The notes beneath the pieces are model-generated. The model did no database searches. It saw nothing but the letters and a program-made list of their open reading frames with translations, and was not told where the DNA came from. DNA of 64,000 nt, from the NCBI RefSeq assembly GCF_009914755.1, contig NC_060934.1; one strand, 5' to 3'. Below, piece by piece: positions 26,826-41,425 of the stretch. The DNA comes from the human T2T-CHM13v2.0 reference genome, Homo sapiens. Both the position numbers and the translations under genes were made by a program. Numbering within the stretch: position 1 is the stretch's first letter; each line of letters opens with the position of its first letter.

Positions 26826-29800
26826 CACTCTTCTTGAGCTCTGACTGCAAGAAGAAATGGTTTGAGAAGACAGAGGAAGGCTGAGAAAGGACTTTGAATG
26901 TGAAAATGCTATTCTTGTAGCATCCTTAATGCCATTGGTCCTTAGCTTTATAGATCAAGATTGCGAGTGAGCCCCTTATAGGTCTGGGGTTTATTGTTGC
27001 TAATACCAGATGAGTTACAGTATGTATTGCAGTCCTTGTATTTTAAGTTACATCTGGTTTCTCTTAAAGTTCCTTAGTAAACCAAAACTGTTGGTGAGTG
27101 GAAGCCTGATGCTGAAAATTTTGAAAAGCAACTGTGTCAGATCACAGGATTTTTCTTTGTTTTTTGTTTTCATAGAGTTGTTTTGGGCTTGGTGACTGTT
27201 TCATTTAAATCAAGTATAAATGCACAGAGGTAAACAGACACTCCTATTTAGTCTTAAGAACTTGGTTTGATTTGGAATTTTAACTGCCAGGGCCCACCGT
27301 TTAGTGTCTAGCCTGCTTTCTATTTCCTGCGCTATTGTTTTGCTTTTGGTCACCTTAGGGGAAAGGCTACAGCTTCCATGGTCCCAAAGTCAGTGGCGCT
27401 GTCAGATTATAAACTGAGAAGAGCTGATTCCTTGGTGGACAACCAGAGTTCTTCATGTGATTTTAGTTTACATTTAGTTGGATTTCACATTACAGTACAT
27501 TTGGTGAATTATTTCCTGAATGAGACTGAGAAATCACTGGGCTCTGGCAACTCTGTACTGCTTCCTCTGCTTTAGGGATTTTCTGTCTGAAATCTTCAGA
27601 AAAAGTTGCAATAGAGTTCATGAAAACCCTCAGTTCTAAATGGACACATGAAGAAACACCTTAGGTTTGAAAGGGTGTTTTAAAATTACATTCCTGTCTT
27701 GTATTTTTTTTTCTCCTTTTTATTTTTTTTTTCTTTTTGGCCTTAGTTTCAATGACATTCTGGAAGATGAATTTCAGTTGGGTTTTGGGAAACTATTTCC
27801 AGCAGCGGTTGAGTCTGGATTTGATTCCACAGAGTTACAGCCGAGGCTTCTCTGCATTGGCCACACCTGCTTTCTTGAGCAACCTGAGAGACACTGCCTG
27901 TGGACATTTTCCACTACTTAGTGATTAGTCACCTCACAGTTCTGCTGTTTTTGCCGTGAGATAATTTCACTTTCTCCTTCTGCTCCTGCGTGTTCTATGT
28001 CTGTTTTCACCCATCTTTGCTTTTCCCATTTTCCTCTGGATTTATTTATTCTGTCCCTTACATTTCTTTATACATTTGCCTCTTCTTATCCTGGGAACCT
28101 CACACCTCTGCTTGTTCCATTTTCACTTGTTTCTGGATGTGTTGTATCTATTCCTTTGAAAAACGTTGCTCTTTTGTAACATGACCTGTCCCAGCATCAT
28201 CAAGATAGAGACTTTTAAAAAATACTCCCTTTCGTATCTTAGAAGGCAATAGATCTTCTTTCCCAGCCAACCAGCTGGAAAGGCTTTTTTTTGCTTTTCC
28301 GTTTTTTGCATTTCCACGTAGACTGCGTTGCTCCTTGCTAGAGAAACCACAAGCATTCCTGTGTGAAATGAAACTCGCTGTTTTGTGATTTTGTGTGTGG
28401 GGGTGGAGAGGGGCATGGTAATATTTAGAGTCCCTGGCCTTTGCCTCCCAAAGGTTTGTCATTAACATTTTGTTGATTTTTAAGCTTGCTCTTATATTTA
28501 GGACCAGTTTACTGAGTTTACCTCCCATTCCCTTTCTAGCAGGACACCCAAGAGTCCTGTTTGCTCATTTCCTCTTGTCCTGGTCCCACCCTAAGGGTTT
28601 TCCATGGGCTTGCACTTCTCAAGGAGTTCTTGGGATCCAGGACCCTTTAGCAACTACTAGCCTTTTTTTTTTTGCCAGAGTCTTCTCCTTAGCAACTGTA
28701 ATGGCATATTAAGTTACCAGTTAATTCCTTTGTGAGGAAGCGTAGCAGTTTAATATCGAACAAAGGCATGTTTGAGCAAATATTGACAATTGAACACTTT
28801 AGCAACATTAAGATGCCTTTTATAATGGATCTGTCTTACAAAGAAAAGCGATAACTTTCTAGTCTCTTATGCTGTCCAAAACTCAGGGACTTCGTAGATT
28901 TAGATAACATGATTTCCTTGGTAGTTGGATTTCAGCAATATCATAGACTTTGATAGTGAAGCATGCTTGTATGCTATTTTCAAATAATTTTCATTGGTGC
29001 TAACATTTTTAAAAATTCAATTATTGTCTCACTGCTTTAATTTCTTAGTTACTCTAATAAGAAAGCCCTTTTATTGTGCAGAGAAGTAACCGTATGTAAT
29101 TTATAATACGGGATGCTGAACAGGACTTATCGTGTAACCCGCTACAAGACTTTAGAATATACAAGGACTGTATATAAAATAATGAGACCAAGTCTGTGGC
29201 TCAGGCATGAAATCAGCCACCTTGTTGAATGTTAAACTACTTTTATATAATGTTCTGTGGATTTGTATTTGTTCATGAGTATGTGAACATTTCTCCTCTA
29301 TGAAATAAAGCTGTCAATGAGTTCTATGAAATCGTAACACATTTTCTATAGGACGAGTATTTGACGTTATGGTTAAATATAGTACCAATTTATCTACCCA
29401 ACTATTATCATGTTTCTATGTTTCTACTGGAAAATGCACTCCTAATTGAGATGTCAGAGGTGAGAACTAAAGCCTCTGTGAGACTAGCATTTAAGAATGC
29501 AGAAGTAAATATCAGTGAGTCCATGCCAGAGTGGAGCTTATCAGTAAGTGATGTTATGGAGAGTATATATTCAGAGTCTCTGACTAAGGTTTCAGTTCCT
29601 TTAAGAGATTGAGTCCGTAAAAAGGGACAGGAAGGGCACAGGTCTTTTAATGCTGTACACCTATGTAATTTCACAAGAGCCAGGACCCCCCATCCAGGTC
29701 AGCCACTCTCAAGATATTCAAGACATAACTTCCTTCAGTGATTATTTGTATGTTTAGGTTGTTCTTGGGTAAACTGTGTTAGAACCAGAGATGCCATAAA

Positions 29801-30949
29801 TATCAATGCAGTCTGTCCTTAAGCCTGTGGCTGCCAACTCAGATCAGCTGTGTACAGCTGACCTTTACATCAAAGGCTTCTCTTTTTGCTGCCACAGCAA
29901 AAGGTTTGAAGTTCTTGGCAGTCAGCAACACTGTGAAGAACACAAGGGGAAGATGCATTTCCTATCTCAGAAACAACCCATAGGAAGCAACCTTAGCAGT
30001 GGTGCTTGGTTTCCTAAGCCATTCTGCATAAGACATAACATACTGACACTTAACACATTTGCAGTATTTTTCCTTCTACTATCTTAAAAAAAAATATATG
30101 TAGTTTTAAAGTCATCCTATGAATGATTAGGCTTCTGTGAGCCAAACCTAGGTCAGTAGCCGTCATTAAAAATTTTTTTTGGTTGGAAAAATATGTTGTA
30201 TATTTCACATAACCAGTTCATATAAACACTTACAGAATATAATCCATTCATAAGTTTGCGGTTCCCAAGTGTGTGTTTAGCATGTGCCATATATACTTAT
30301 AGATTTGACATTATATAGGAGCCCCTCACTATAAGTGCCTAAAGGTTGCTAGATGATTACTAATGTATTCTTCCCCTACCAAATTGACAATTCTCTGCTA
30401 CTGAATAAAAAATGGAACTTGTGATGTATCCTAGAACAGGCTATTAAATCACTGCCATGAGTATGACATTCACTAAGAAAGGAATTCCTGGCACATAGTT
30501 CATCTAGTTTTTCTCCTCTTCCCTATAAGGTCTGTGACAAAAAGGCAGTTCACTGTTCTTCTTGTCCCTGCCTGGTTACAAGGTTAGTTCTAATAACCAA
30601 ACTGTGGGTCTAGATAGTAATTCTATTTCAACCCTGTAAATAATTACCCAAAGCTGCCAAGCTTAAGAAATGTTTTATCAGACATTTCTTCTCATCATCG
30701 GTAAGTCTAAGATAATGAAACAAATGGCACTAACTTTTTTTATTTTTTACTTGTGAAACATTTCTGTTTTGGGGAATAAAAGAGCAAGAGATTTTTAAAG
30801 CTCTGTTAAGTTCTGTAAAGTCTGATCAGAAAATGGAATTAAAATTAATAAAAACTGAGCTTTTGTTCTAATAAGATTTTTTTTAAGCTGGCCACTTGCT
30901 TAAGTCCAATTTAGCTTCCCAAGGACAGTATCTTTGATCATTAAAATAT

Positions 30950-30951
<2 letters not shown>

Positions 30952-30980
<29 letters not shown>

Positions 30981-31266
30981 TTTTGAGATGGAGTCTTGCT
31001 TTGTCACTCAGGCTGGAGTGCAGTGGCACAATCTCGGCTCATTGCAATGTCTGTCTCCCGGGTTCAAGTGATTCTTCTGCCTCAGCCTCCTGAGTAGCTG
31101 GGATTACAGGTGTGTGCCACCACACCCAGCTAATTTTTGTATTTTTAGTAGGGACGGGGTTTTGTCATGTTGGCCAGGCTGGTCTCGAACTCCTGACCTC
31201 AGATGATCTGACCACCTCGGCCTCCCAAAGTGCTGCAATTACAGGAGTGAGCAACCACACCTGGCC
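30952..31266 (-). mobile_element. AluS with (TTTA)n tail
   Basis: Perfect TSD tgatcattaaaatattt at 30935-30951 and 31267-31283. Confidence 0.96.
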
Positions 31267-31684
31267 TGATCATTAAAATATTTAAGAGAGTGGCAATATA
31301 AGCAAAAATGATTCAATATAAACAAATACAAATTTCAATATAAACAAAAAGATTTATGAAACCTAAAATATTTGAAACTTTTCTAGAGAGAGAACACTAG
31401 TCTAAATATCTAGGAAGCAGGCATTTAAGTCCTTGTGCTGGCATATGAAATGGGTTAATTCCTTGATACAAACAGCTCTGGGTATTTATTGTATGTATTT
31501 GTATAGTGGCATAAAACATTCTTTACTAAGTTACAAGTCAAAACAGTAAAGGAATGAAAATGACTAAATTGTTCATTTGTTAATACAATATTTCCTGTTT
31601 ACTCTTTTTCTATGGTGTAAAAGAAACTGAACATTGACTTTCTGTTTTGTAAAACCTAAAAATATAATTAAGAAGAAGAGAGCA

Positions 31685-31990
31685 GGCCTGGTGCGGTGGC
31701 TCACACCTGTAATCCCAGCACTTTGGGAGGCCGAGGCGGGTGGATCACGAGGTCAGGAGATCGAGACCATCCTGGCTAACACGGTGAAACCCCGTCTCTA
31801 CTAAAAACACAAAAAATTAGCCGGGCTTGGTGGTGGGCGCCTGTCGTCCCAGCTACTCAGGAGGCTGAGGCAGGGGAATGGCGTGGACCTGGGAGGCGGA
31901 GCTTGCAGTGAGCCGAGATCGCGCTACCACACTCCAGCCTGGGCAGCAGAGTGAGACTCGTCTCAAAAGAAAAAGAAAAAAAAAAAAAAA
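31685..31990 (+). mobile_element. AluY
   Basis: Y diagnostics gagatcgagaccatcctggctaacacggtg and ggcggagcttgcagtgagc; TSD aagaagagagca / aagaagacagca. Confidence 0.95.
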
Positions 31991-32993
31991 GAAGACAGCA
32001 AAGAAGTGAGAAAGGAGTTTTGGAAGGGGTTGTGATCATTTGCAATGTGACACGATGTTAGCTGCTTTTCATAAGCGCGTTTTAAGCAAATGTGTTCTTA
32101 GCTCTGTTTTTGGTTTTAATAGTAATTCCACTGTGAATTTGTATGTTGTGGAATGAGAGAATAGTGTTAAAAGGTGCCTGGTTGTTGCCAGATCTAAGAA
32201 TGGGAATGATTTTCTCAGGCAACTCTTATTCCATCAAGTGTGTTAAATTACTGTAAATTACAATCATGCAGGAGATTGGTGGTCCCCAAATGACGTTTTC
32301 CACTATTTGCAGCTCCTTAGTGTATCTATACCTAACAGTTTTGCATCTTGTTAAACCGCAGCATTCATATATTACGCCTCTTCCACAGAGAAGCTCACAT
32401 GTACATTCCAGGTGGAATCCCACCGTAATATATACATCACAACCAAACACCATAGAGTAGGTTTTCTAAATCATTTATTTAATTGGTATTTAATACAGAG
32501 GAATTTCTGTTTGCCAAAAAATGTTTTTTGTAATCTACTGTAAGCAGACTTAAATTGTCCTTGTTAATGGCTTTGAGAATTATTTTTTTTACCATTAAAG
32601 AATAATTTTCTGGGAAAATAAAAAATGATGAGACTCATACAGACATAAATTGAACACGTGTTAAAGATTTTATGAATCTTATTAATGGAGAACTAGGAAG
32701 ATGTCATAACCATTCAAAGGAGAATCATAGATTTATATGGAATAAAGAAATGTGAGATGAATTTACAAATGGATCTGAAGCTGGCTTTTTCTAATGGGAG
32801 GAGGAATGTAAATTGAACCTCCAAGGGACAGAATTTATTTGTATTGTCTATAGAAAAGACTTACTTTGCTTTGGTCTCATTTATCTAAAACAGAGCTATG
32901 AAATATTTCAGAGGCAGTAAAATGCCAGAATCAGAGGACCCCAAAGGGTGTTCTCTAGACAATGCATTGTTTTCCATTGGAAACACCTAGTAA

Positions 32994-33203
<210 letters not shown>

Positions 33204-36200
33204 TGAAAGTACATGATGCTAAGATACAGATGAAGGCTACCCCACCTCTGTGCTAGCTGTCTACAAAAGGAGCCGAGTGCGGCTGGAAAGAAAGTTGCTT
33301 CCTTTCCAATTCGAAGAGGAGGTATACAAATCCTAGAGCTGGGGGCAGTGACAAGGTTTAAAATCGATGTGAGAGAAACACTAAGGAATGAGTCAGTGAA
33401 AGATTTTAAACTCCATCACACCCAACTCAGTTTCTCTTTAAAGGAAATGGCAGAGATGCCCATCAATGTAGATTTTTAGAGATGGTTTATTGTGATTTCC
33501 CATTTATGTTAATTAGCTTTATCTGTCCCCTTTCATTTCTTTTGATAAAATCACTTAGAAAAATGTAGACGTAGTTATGTGTGTTAAATAATATAATTCA
33601 GTGTGACAAGGAGTTGCGTCCCTGAAGATGTGTTGTTGAGAATGGATGACAAACAGTTCAGGTCAACCTTGAGTAAGTGTGAGGAAAAAATAAAAATAAA
33701 TAAATGAAGGATGTAATCGGGCTCCTCTCCTGGAGACTGAAAAGTAAGGACTGGCATGGAAATCTTTGATTTTTGGCAGTATATCATTATCTTTAGAGGT
33801 CTAGAAAAAGTGCCTACGTCATCCTTTCTATGAACACATTTCAGGAGCTGAGAAGTTCCTATCCATCATGAATAAAAGCAACCACTTGCATGTGGCTTTT
33901 CTAGAAAAAAATTCTTATAAAACATTTTCATCAGGAAAGAACCAGGAGTCTAAAGTCAGATGAAAGAACGTCAGACTGTAGAAATCAGCTTTGTAGGTAT
34001 GAGTCCAGGATCAGTTTGAGGTCAAACCCCTTTGCACATGTTTTTAACTTTGCACCGCCCTCGCTCTCAGTGCTGGCTCCTCCACTCATCTTTGTTGCTA
34101 ATTCATGTTTGAGAGAGTCTGCACAAACTCCCCACCCAGGCTGGTATGGGCCTTAATGCAAGTTTGTGTGTCCAGGAGACTCACAAATCTGATCAATTTC
34201 AAGGGCAAGTAAGTGAAAGCTGGAGAATGTACAAACAGAAAATCGAAAGCTATGGAAACTTGAAGAGACAAAACGAAAATGTAAGAAATGCCACTAAAAT
34301 GAGAAAATATGGTCAAACATTGAGAACTGATTTGCAGATAAGCTTTATGGGAATGTCTGTGAAATATTGGAGAGTGTAGGTGTCAGATTTGCTGAGTACA
34401 GCAACAAAAAATATCTAAAGCATATAGTGGTAGTACCAAAATCAAGATTCATAAGGTTTTACATGATGTAGTATCTGGCCAAAAATGTGGTCAGCGTTGT
34501 TTTTTGTTTGTTTGTTTGTTTGTTTCCACACTATGTGGTAAAAGGAAGAAGAACAGGTTATTAAGTGGCCAGCATTCATCTTTATAATCTGTGGTGTCTG
34601 TGGTCAGTCCTGCTGCAGGGAATATCCAGCCTGTATGCTTACACATGTGGACTGGTTTTCATGATGGACCATTTCAGTGCCAGGTGGTGTACATGACATT
34701 AAGCTTCTGTACACACTCTTTTCAAAATTTTCTTTACATGAAAATTAACATCAGTTTTTATTATGAGATGGAAGTTAATAGTCATTGACAAAACTTGAAA
34801 ATGTACTTTAAAAACTTTAAAAAACAAAGAGTTCTCTCTCTCCAGATCAACCTTACAAGTACATCACAGGATTTAAGCAATTTCATCGTAACACAAAGGA
34901 GGCCCAGTACATTCTTCAGTGCCAGAGCCAATCCACCTGTGTTGGTTAGACTCAATGAAACAGAAAGTTTATAGGTTCTAAATGTAAAATGGAGCCAGCC
35001 CTATTATGTTTGTTGTTTTAAGGCCCTGTGATATATTGTTTTTGTGAATGGGGGAAATATAGGAAAGAAAACACTGAGTTTTGAATTATTAACATACTAT
35101 GATTTGCTTCATAATTCTCAGATGTAGTTCTGTCAGATCCTCAAAATGTGCACAAGATTGACCATCCCTTCCAGGAAGAAAAATAATATGCTTCCAATAA
35201 TGAATACACTCTAAAAATATATGGTAGTTACTTTAAAAATATTGGAGATATTGGGAAAAATTATTAATATATATTTTTTCTTTTAAATGCTGTTAAGACA
35301 CTAGTCACTGTAGCTGATAGCATGGGTTAGTCAACCTTCACAAGTGATTTTAAAACTGTGAGAGTATAGCCATAGCCCTGAGCTTTTCCCAAGACAGCAT
35401 CCCAAAGAACAAGTTAAATGTGATTTAAATGGAAGAAGAAAATATTTTGAGGTACAAGTGGACTCAATAAATTTAGGAATTACTATATTTGAAGGAAAAA
35501 AGAAAGCATAGTGGTTCCTACTAATGGATTGTGCCTCACTGACCATTAGAATTACATACACAGGAGAGATCCTTGAGGAGTTAAGTTCTGAGTACAGACT
35601 AGTGTTTATATTAAAGGACAAGATCACATGCTGGTGATCTGTTAACCTTTGGATTGCTTTTTCTACAGTGTTCTTTCTTAAACTGTGGAGATCCCCATTG
35701 CACCACCCAGAAAAGAGAGAAGAGTAATGAATTTTGGACCTGGCACGTTGAAATTAAAGAGCATGAAGAAAGTGAGAAGTTGTTTACTAGGCGTTTGAGA
35801 CTAGCTGGGAGGCTTGGAATAGAGGCCTAAACTAGGAAACTGGAATTGGAAAGAATCACAATACTAGATAGTAAAGTTACACAAGTAGACGCCCTAGGCA
35901 AAAGGCCTGGAAGAGAATAAAGCCAAAGGGATCACTTCTAAGAGCAGAGGCAGAGAAGACAGGAAACTAAGAAGGAATATCAAATGAAGACTCACAGGCA
36001 TGGAATTGCTATACATTTAGTGGTGTTTGGGGGCCCTCAGAAGGTACAGGTACAGGTACAGTAACACATACTGATGTTTACTTACACTTAAAATGAAATA
36101 GGCACTATTGTCAAAACCATTTAATGAGTGAGGAAACTGAGTTCACTTCAGTAGACCCAGGACTCATACCTGTATTACTCTGAGAATAGCCAGTTTCCTA

Positions 36201-37068
36201 CATTAGGCTTTTGAAAGCTTAATTAGACAAATGATGAAACAGAGAACTAGACATGACAGTGAATTGGCAGAAACACTGTTTCTTCAGAGGCCCATAATCA
36301 GCTTACATACCTAGAGACCCTAGACTGAGCCATAGAAGTGGAAAAAAATCTGATTTATATGACTGTGGAGAAAATCTTGTACTTGGAATGCTGTACCCTG
36401 TTCTCGACACATTATTGGCAGAAAGATACATATCAAGGAAAGGACCTGGAATTCACTTGTGGATGAAAAAGCAAAAGAAATAAATGTGTAAGGCAGTAAA
36501 AGTATATAGAAAGTGAAGGTGATACTCATGTATGTGCTGACATAACAGAAGGAAAATGACCTGAGTAAGCATAAAACTGATGCCAGAGTCAGGAAGAGAA
36601 ACATAGAGCCTGGAAATTGATCACTAATTTCCTTCTTTTTTTTTTTTTTTTTTTGTTCTAGGCTTGACATTTTCCACTTTCTTTCTCCTAAAACAAGAAA
36701 GGGGACAGGTTGTAGATTTTATGTCTTTAATTTTCTTTAATTCTTGCCTAACAGTGATAAAAACATAAGATCAGTGGGCTGAAATTTAGGGACACTGAGG
36801 GAATGAAAATAGAAAACTAAACCTGGATAAGTTCATCAGCATGTCTGGGAATAATCAACAGGTTATATGAGAAACAGGTTTTAGTTAAGTTACTAATCTG
36901 GAATAATCAAGGTGATAACTGTAAATTAGGAGAAAGTTTGAATCTAAGAGCTTGTATTAAAAGAAAGTTTTCTTTTCCTCTTTTGGGTTACATAACCAAA
37001 TTATGGTCTAATATTCCTAGGGAAACTAGCTTAATAATTAGTTGCTGCAGTTTTGTAGGTAGTATGGG

Positions 37069-37376
<308 letters not shown>

Positions 37377-38539
37377 TAAATGTGTGCAAAGTGGGCTTCC
37401 ACAGGACCTATGTTGTTTGAATAGGACCTCTCTTGCCTAAACATTTTTATTTACATTCATTCATCTATCAAACATGTTCTTTAAAGTAACGGTGAACTCC
37501 AGACTTGCACAAAATTTTTATATTATTATAAATTAGTGAAGTTCACATTAATAAGGTTGTACGTGATAAACTCCACTGTAAATCCTGAAACATGTGCCCT
37601 GTCAAGACGGGAGAATCCCATTAATATCTAAGATTTCAAAACTTAGCAACAATTTTGGACAGGCCAAATCATAAATGAAGTAGTCTAACATTTTACCAAC
37701 TAAAATTTTGTATTCTAAGATGAGGACTCACAGGGCAAAAAGGCCTTTCCTCTTGTTCTGAACAGATACCTCTGGTGCTCTGCACTTACTAATAATCATG
37801 TCAAAAAAGCTGATGCCAATTTCATTTTTCCTCTTAAAGTCACTCTATTAAAGGAAAAAAGGTTCTGTTAAAATTTAATCAACAAAAGCAGGTGTTACAG
37901 GGAGGGGTAGATTCGTTGAAAGCTGCCAGTGAATCCAAATACTCTCTCTTTTCCAGGCACACAATAAAGTTAGTCCACAAGGGCACATGAAATCTTTCCA
38001 GCCCACAATCATATTAGAATTTGCATTGTGTTACTGGAAGCAGCACAGAAATATTCCCTTTTGGCTCACTTCAGTTCTTCGTCACCCCCTGAAGCTGCCT
38101 CCTGCTGATTCGAAGGTCTTGATAGTTTCTGGCAGGACAGTGGTATCACTCTCCAGTTATATTGCTGCTTAGCATCTGGTAGTTGCAGAGGAGGTTTATA
38201 CTGCATTATGTTCCAAAAAAAAACCCAATCTGTGAACCACATTAAGGCCAAATCTAGTCTTGGATATAGTGCCATGGGGTGGGGATGAAAAGGGGATGGC
38301 AGGGATACTGACTGGCAAAAAAACTGGAACTTGATGGAATAACATATTGGAAGAATGACCCCCATGTGTGTATTTTTGTTTTGTTATTTCCCTAGAAGTA
38401 TGTGGGAAGGGAGAGTAATTAGGGGGCGGGCACGAGAGAAAAGCATACACTTTTTTATTTAGTGATATAAATAATAGTAAAATTTGGATAATCTCCTGAA
38501 CTGAAGGATCTAGTTCTCTTCAACAACAAATGCTTATCA

Positions 38540-41372
38540 GGAATGATTTCAGCAAGATAGCAGAATAGAAGTTTTCTATCATTGTCTCCCTGTAGAAGCA
38601 CCAATTTTGACAATCACTCATGGACAAGAGTACCTTTGTGGGAGTCTGAGAGTCTAGCAGAGAAGTTCCAGCTCACTGCTGGAGCAAAAAATTTAAGGAG
38701 AGATGCATTGAAGAGGTTAAGAAGAATAGTTTCATTTTACCCATGTCACCTCTCCTGTAAAGCAGCACAGTTCAGTGCCAGGAGAGACCCTCTTTGCCCA
38801 TGATTCTTCTCACAGGGGGAAAGTTAGTGTTGTGAATACCCAGCTTTACCAGCTGTGTAAAATGCTGTCCAAGAAGCCCACCTCTTTTTTGACCCACCGA
38901 GAACACTGGAGGAGATTAGCATGTCTGAGTGGCTGAAAGTAGGGAAAGGTGGGGTTGGGGGTGGCGGAAATCACAGCAGATAGGTCTTAGAATTCAACAG
39001 CTGTTTGTATCTGACTGACTGCATCTCAGACTCCATTAGGAGGCCTGCCCATGAGCTAGTTGGGATGCCTGACCTATAAACCCAACCAATTCCATGGGTG
39101 CCCCCATGCCCCACATGCTTCCTCCCCTACCCCTCCTGTGGCCAATTCTGATGCACATTCCTTGGGTCATGAGTACAAGACTTTACAGGTGGTTTGTAGT
39201 CAGTTGGCTTGACTCTGGGATTGGAAGAAGGTACATAAACTGAGCATTTCAGGGCACTGCCCTAGGGAAAGCAAATGAAAGGCTCTCAGCACAAAGCCTG
39301 GCTTTGTGAGATTGAGAGAAGGTACACAATCTTAAGAACTACCTCCCAAGAGAAAGCAAAAAGAGTGGAGGGAGTGCATTCATAGAAAATATCGAGAGTG
39401 CCTCAGAATTCTAGCCAGGCTGACTGGTGAAGGAGTTCCTCTCCCCAAAGCTAGTCAGTAAAGACTGGAGGAGATGACTACTACTTCAGATGTGAAAACA
39501 GCAACACAGGACTTCACAGAACACACACACGCAGAAACCCGACACCAGCAAAAGAACACAATAATTTCTCAGTAACCATCCCCAAAGAAGTAGAGGTCTA
39601 CAAATTACCCGACAAGGAATTTAAAAATAATTGCTTTTTAAGGACACTTAGCAGGCTACAATAAAACTCAGTATAAATCTAAATAAAATAAAATCAGTGT
39701 AAATCTAAATAAAACTCGGTGTAATCAGGAAAACAATATATGAACAAAACTGAAAGCTCAACAAATAGATATACATCGTAAAATAGAACCAAACAACTTC
39801 TGAAGCTGAAGACTGCAATGAATGAAATGAAAAATGCATCAGAGAGAGTCAACAGCAGATTCGATCAAGCAGAAGAAAGGATCTGTGAACTCAAATACAA
39901 AGCATTTGAAATTATCTAGTCAGAGAAGGAAAAAGAAAGCTTATGGGATTTATGCGATACCATCAGGAGAAATAATATATGCAATATGAGAGTCTTCAAA
40001 GGAGAAAAGAAAGAAAAGGGTAGAAATCTTACTTAAATAAATAATGGCTGAAAACTTCCCATATCATGGGAAAGATATGGACATCCAGGTTATGAGGCTC
40101 AAAGGTCCTCAGGCAGGTTCAACCAAAATAAAACTTCACCAAGACACATAATCTTATTGTCAATAATCAATGACAGAGAATTTTGAAAACAGCAAGAGAA
40201 AAGAGACTCGTCACACATAAAAGAAGACTGTCAGTTAGACTATCAATAAGACTATCAGTTGACTTCTCAGCAGAAATCCCACGGGTCACGAAGGAGTGGG
40301 ATGATATACTCAAAGTGCTGAAAGGAAAAAACTGTCTTTCAATGGTACTTTACTCAGCAAAGCTGTCCTTTGTAAAGGAAGGAGAGATAAAGATTATCCC
40401 AGACAAACAAAAGCTAAGAGAGTTCATCACCACTAAGACTGCCTTACAAGAAATGGTAAACGAAATTGTTCAAGCTGAAATGAAAAGACACCAATTAGTA
40501 GCATGAAAATATAGTATTTTTACTCCCTGGTAAAAATAAATATGTAGGCAAATTCAGAATACTCCAATATCCTAATGATGGTGTTTAAATTCATTTTAAC
40601 TCTAGTATAAATGTTAAAAGACAAAAGTATTAAAAATAACTATAGCTACACCAATGTTAATGGAGACACAATATAAAAAAAGTAAATCATAACATCAAAA
40701 AAATGGGGAGTAAAACTGTAGAGTTACCAGCTTCAAATAGACTCATAACTATAAGATGTTTTGTGTAACTCCATTGTAACATCAAAACAGAAATCTATAG
40801 TAGATACACAAAAGATAAAGAATCAAACCATACCACTATTGAAAATCATGAAATTACAAAGGAACATACCAAGAGAGGTATAAAGAAACAAAACAACTGC
40901 AAAACAATCAGAAAACAACAAAATGGCAATAGTAAGTCCACAATGGAATGTTATTCAGCCTTAGAAAAAAGGACATACTGCCATTTGTGACAACATGGAT
41001 GAACCTGGAGGACATTATGTTAAGCGAAATAAACCAGACACAAACAGACAAATACTGCATAATATAACTTATATGTCAAATCTAAGAAAGTTGAACTCAT
41101 AGAAACAGAGAGTAGAATTGTACTAACAGGGATTGAGTGTGAGGACAATGGGGAGATGTTGGTCAAAGGATACAAACTTTCATTTATAAGATGAATAAAT
41201 TTTGGAGACCTAGTGTACAGTGTGGTGACTATAGCTCATAATATACCCTTGAAATTTGCTAACAGGGTAGATTTTAAATGTTCTCAACACACACACACAC
41301 ACACACACATGCACACGCACAGAGGTCAGTATGTGAAGTGATAGATATGTTGATTGTGGTAATAGTTTTATA

Positions 41373-41425
<53 letters not shown>

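Noticed and set aside
30530-30700. 171-nt pseudo-exon (ccctataag| ... TCG|gtaagt), and a similar 10-nt one at 50282-50291
   Set aside because: AAG acceptors are weak, and such site pairs are expected by chance in more than 55 kb of intron.
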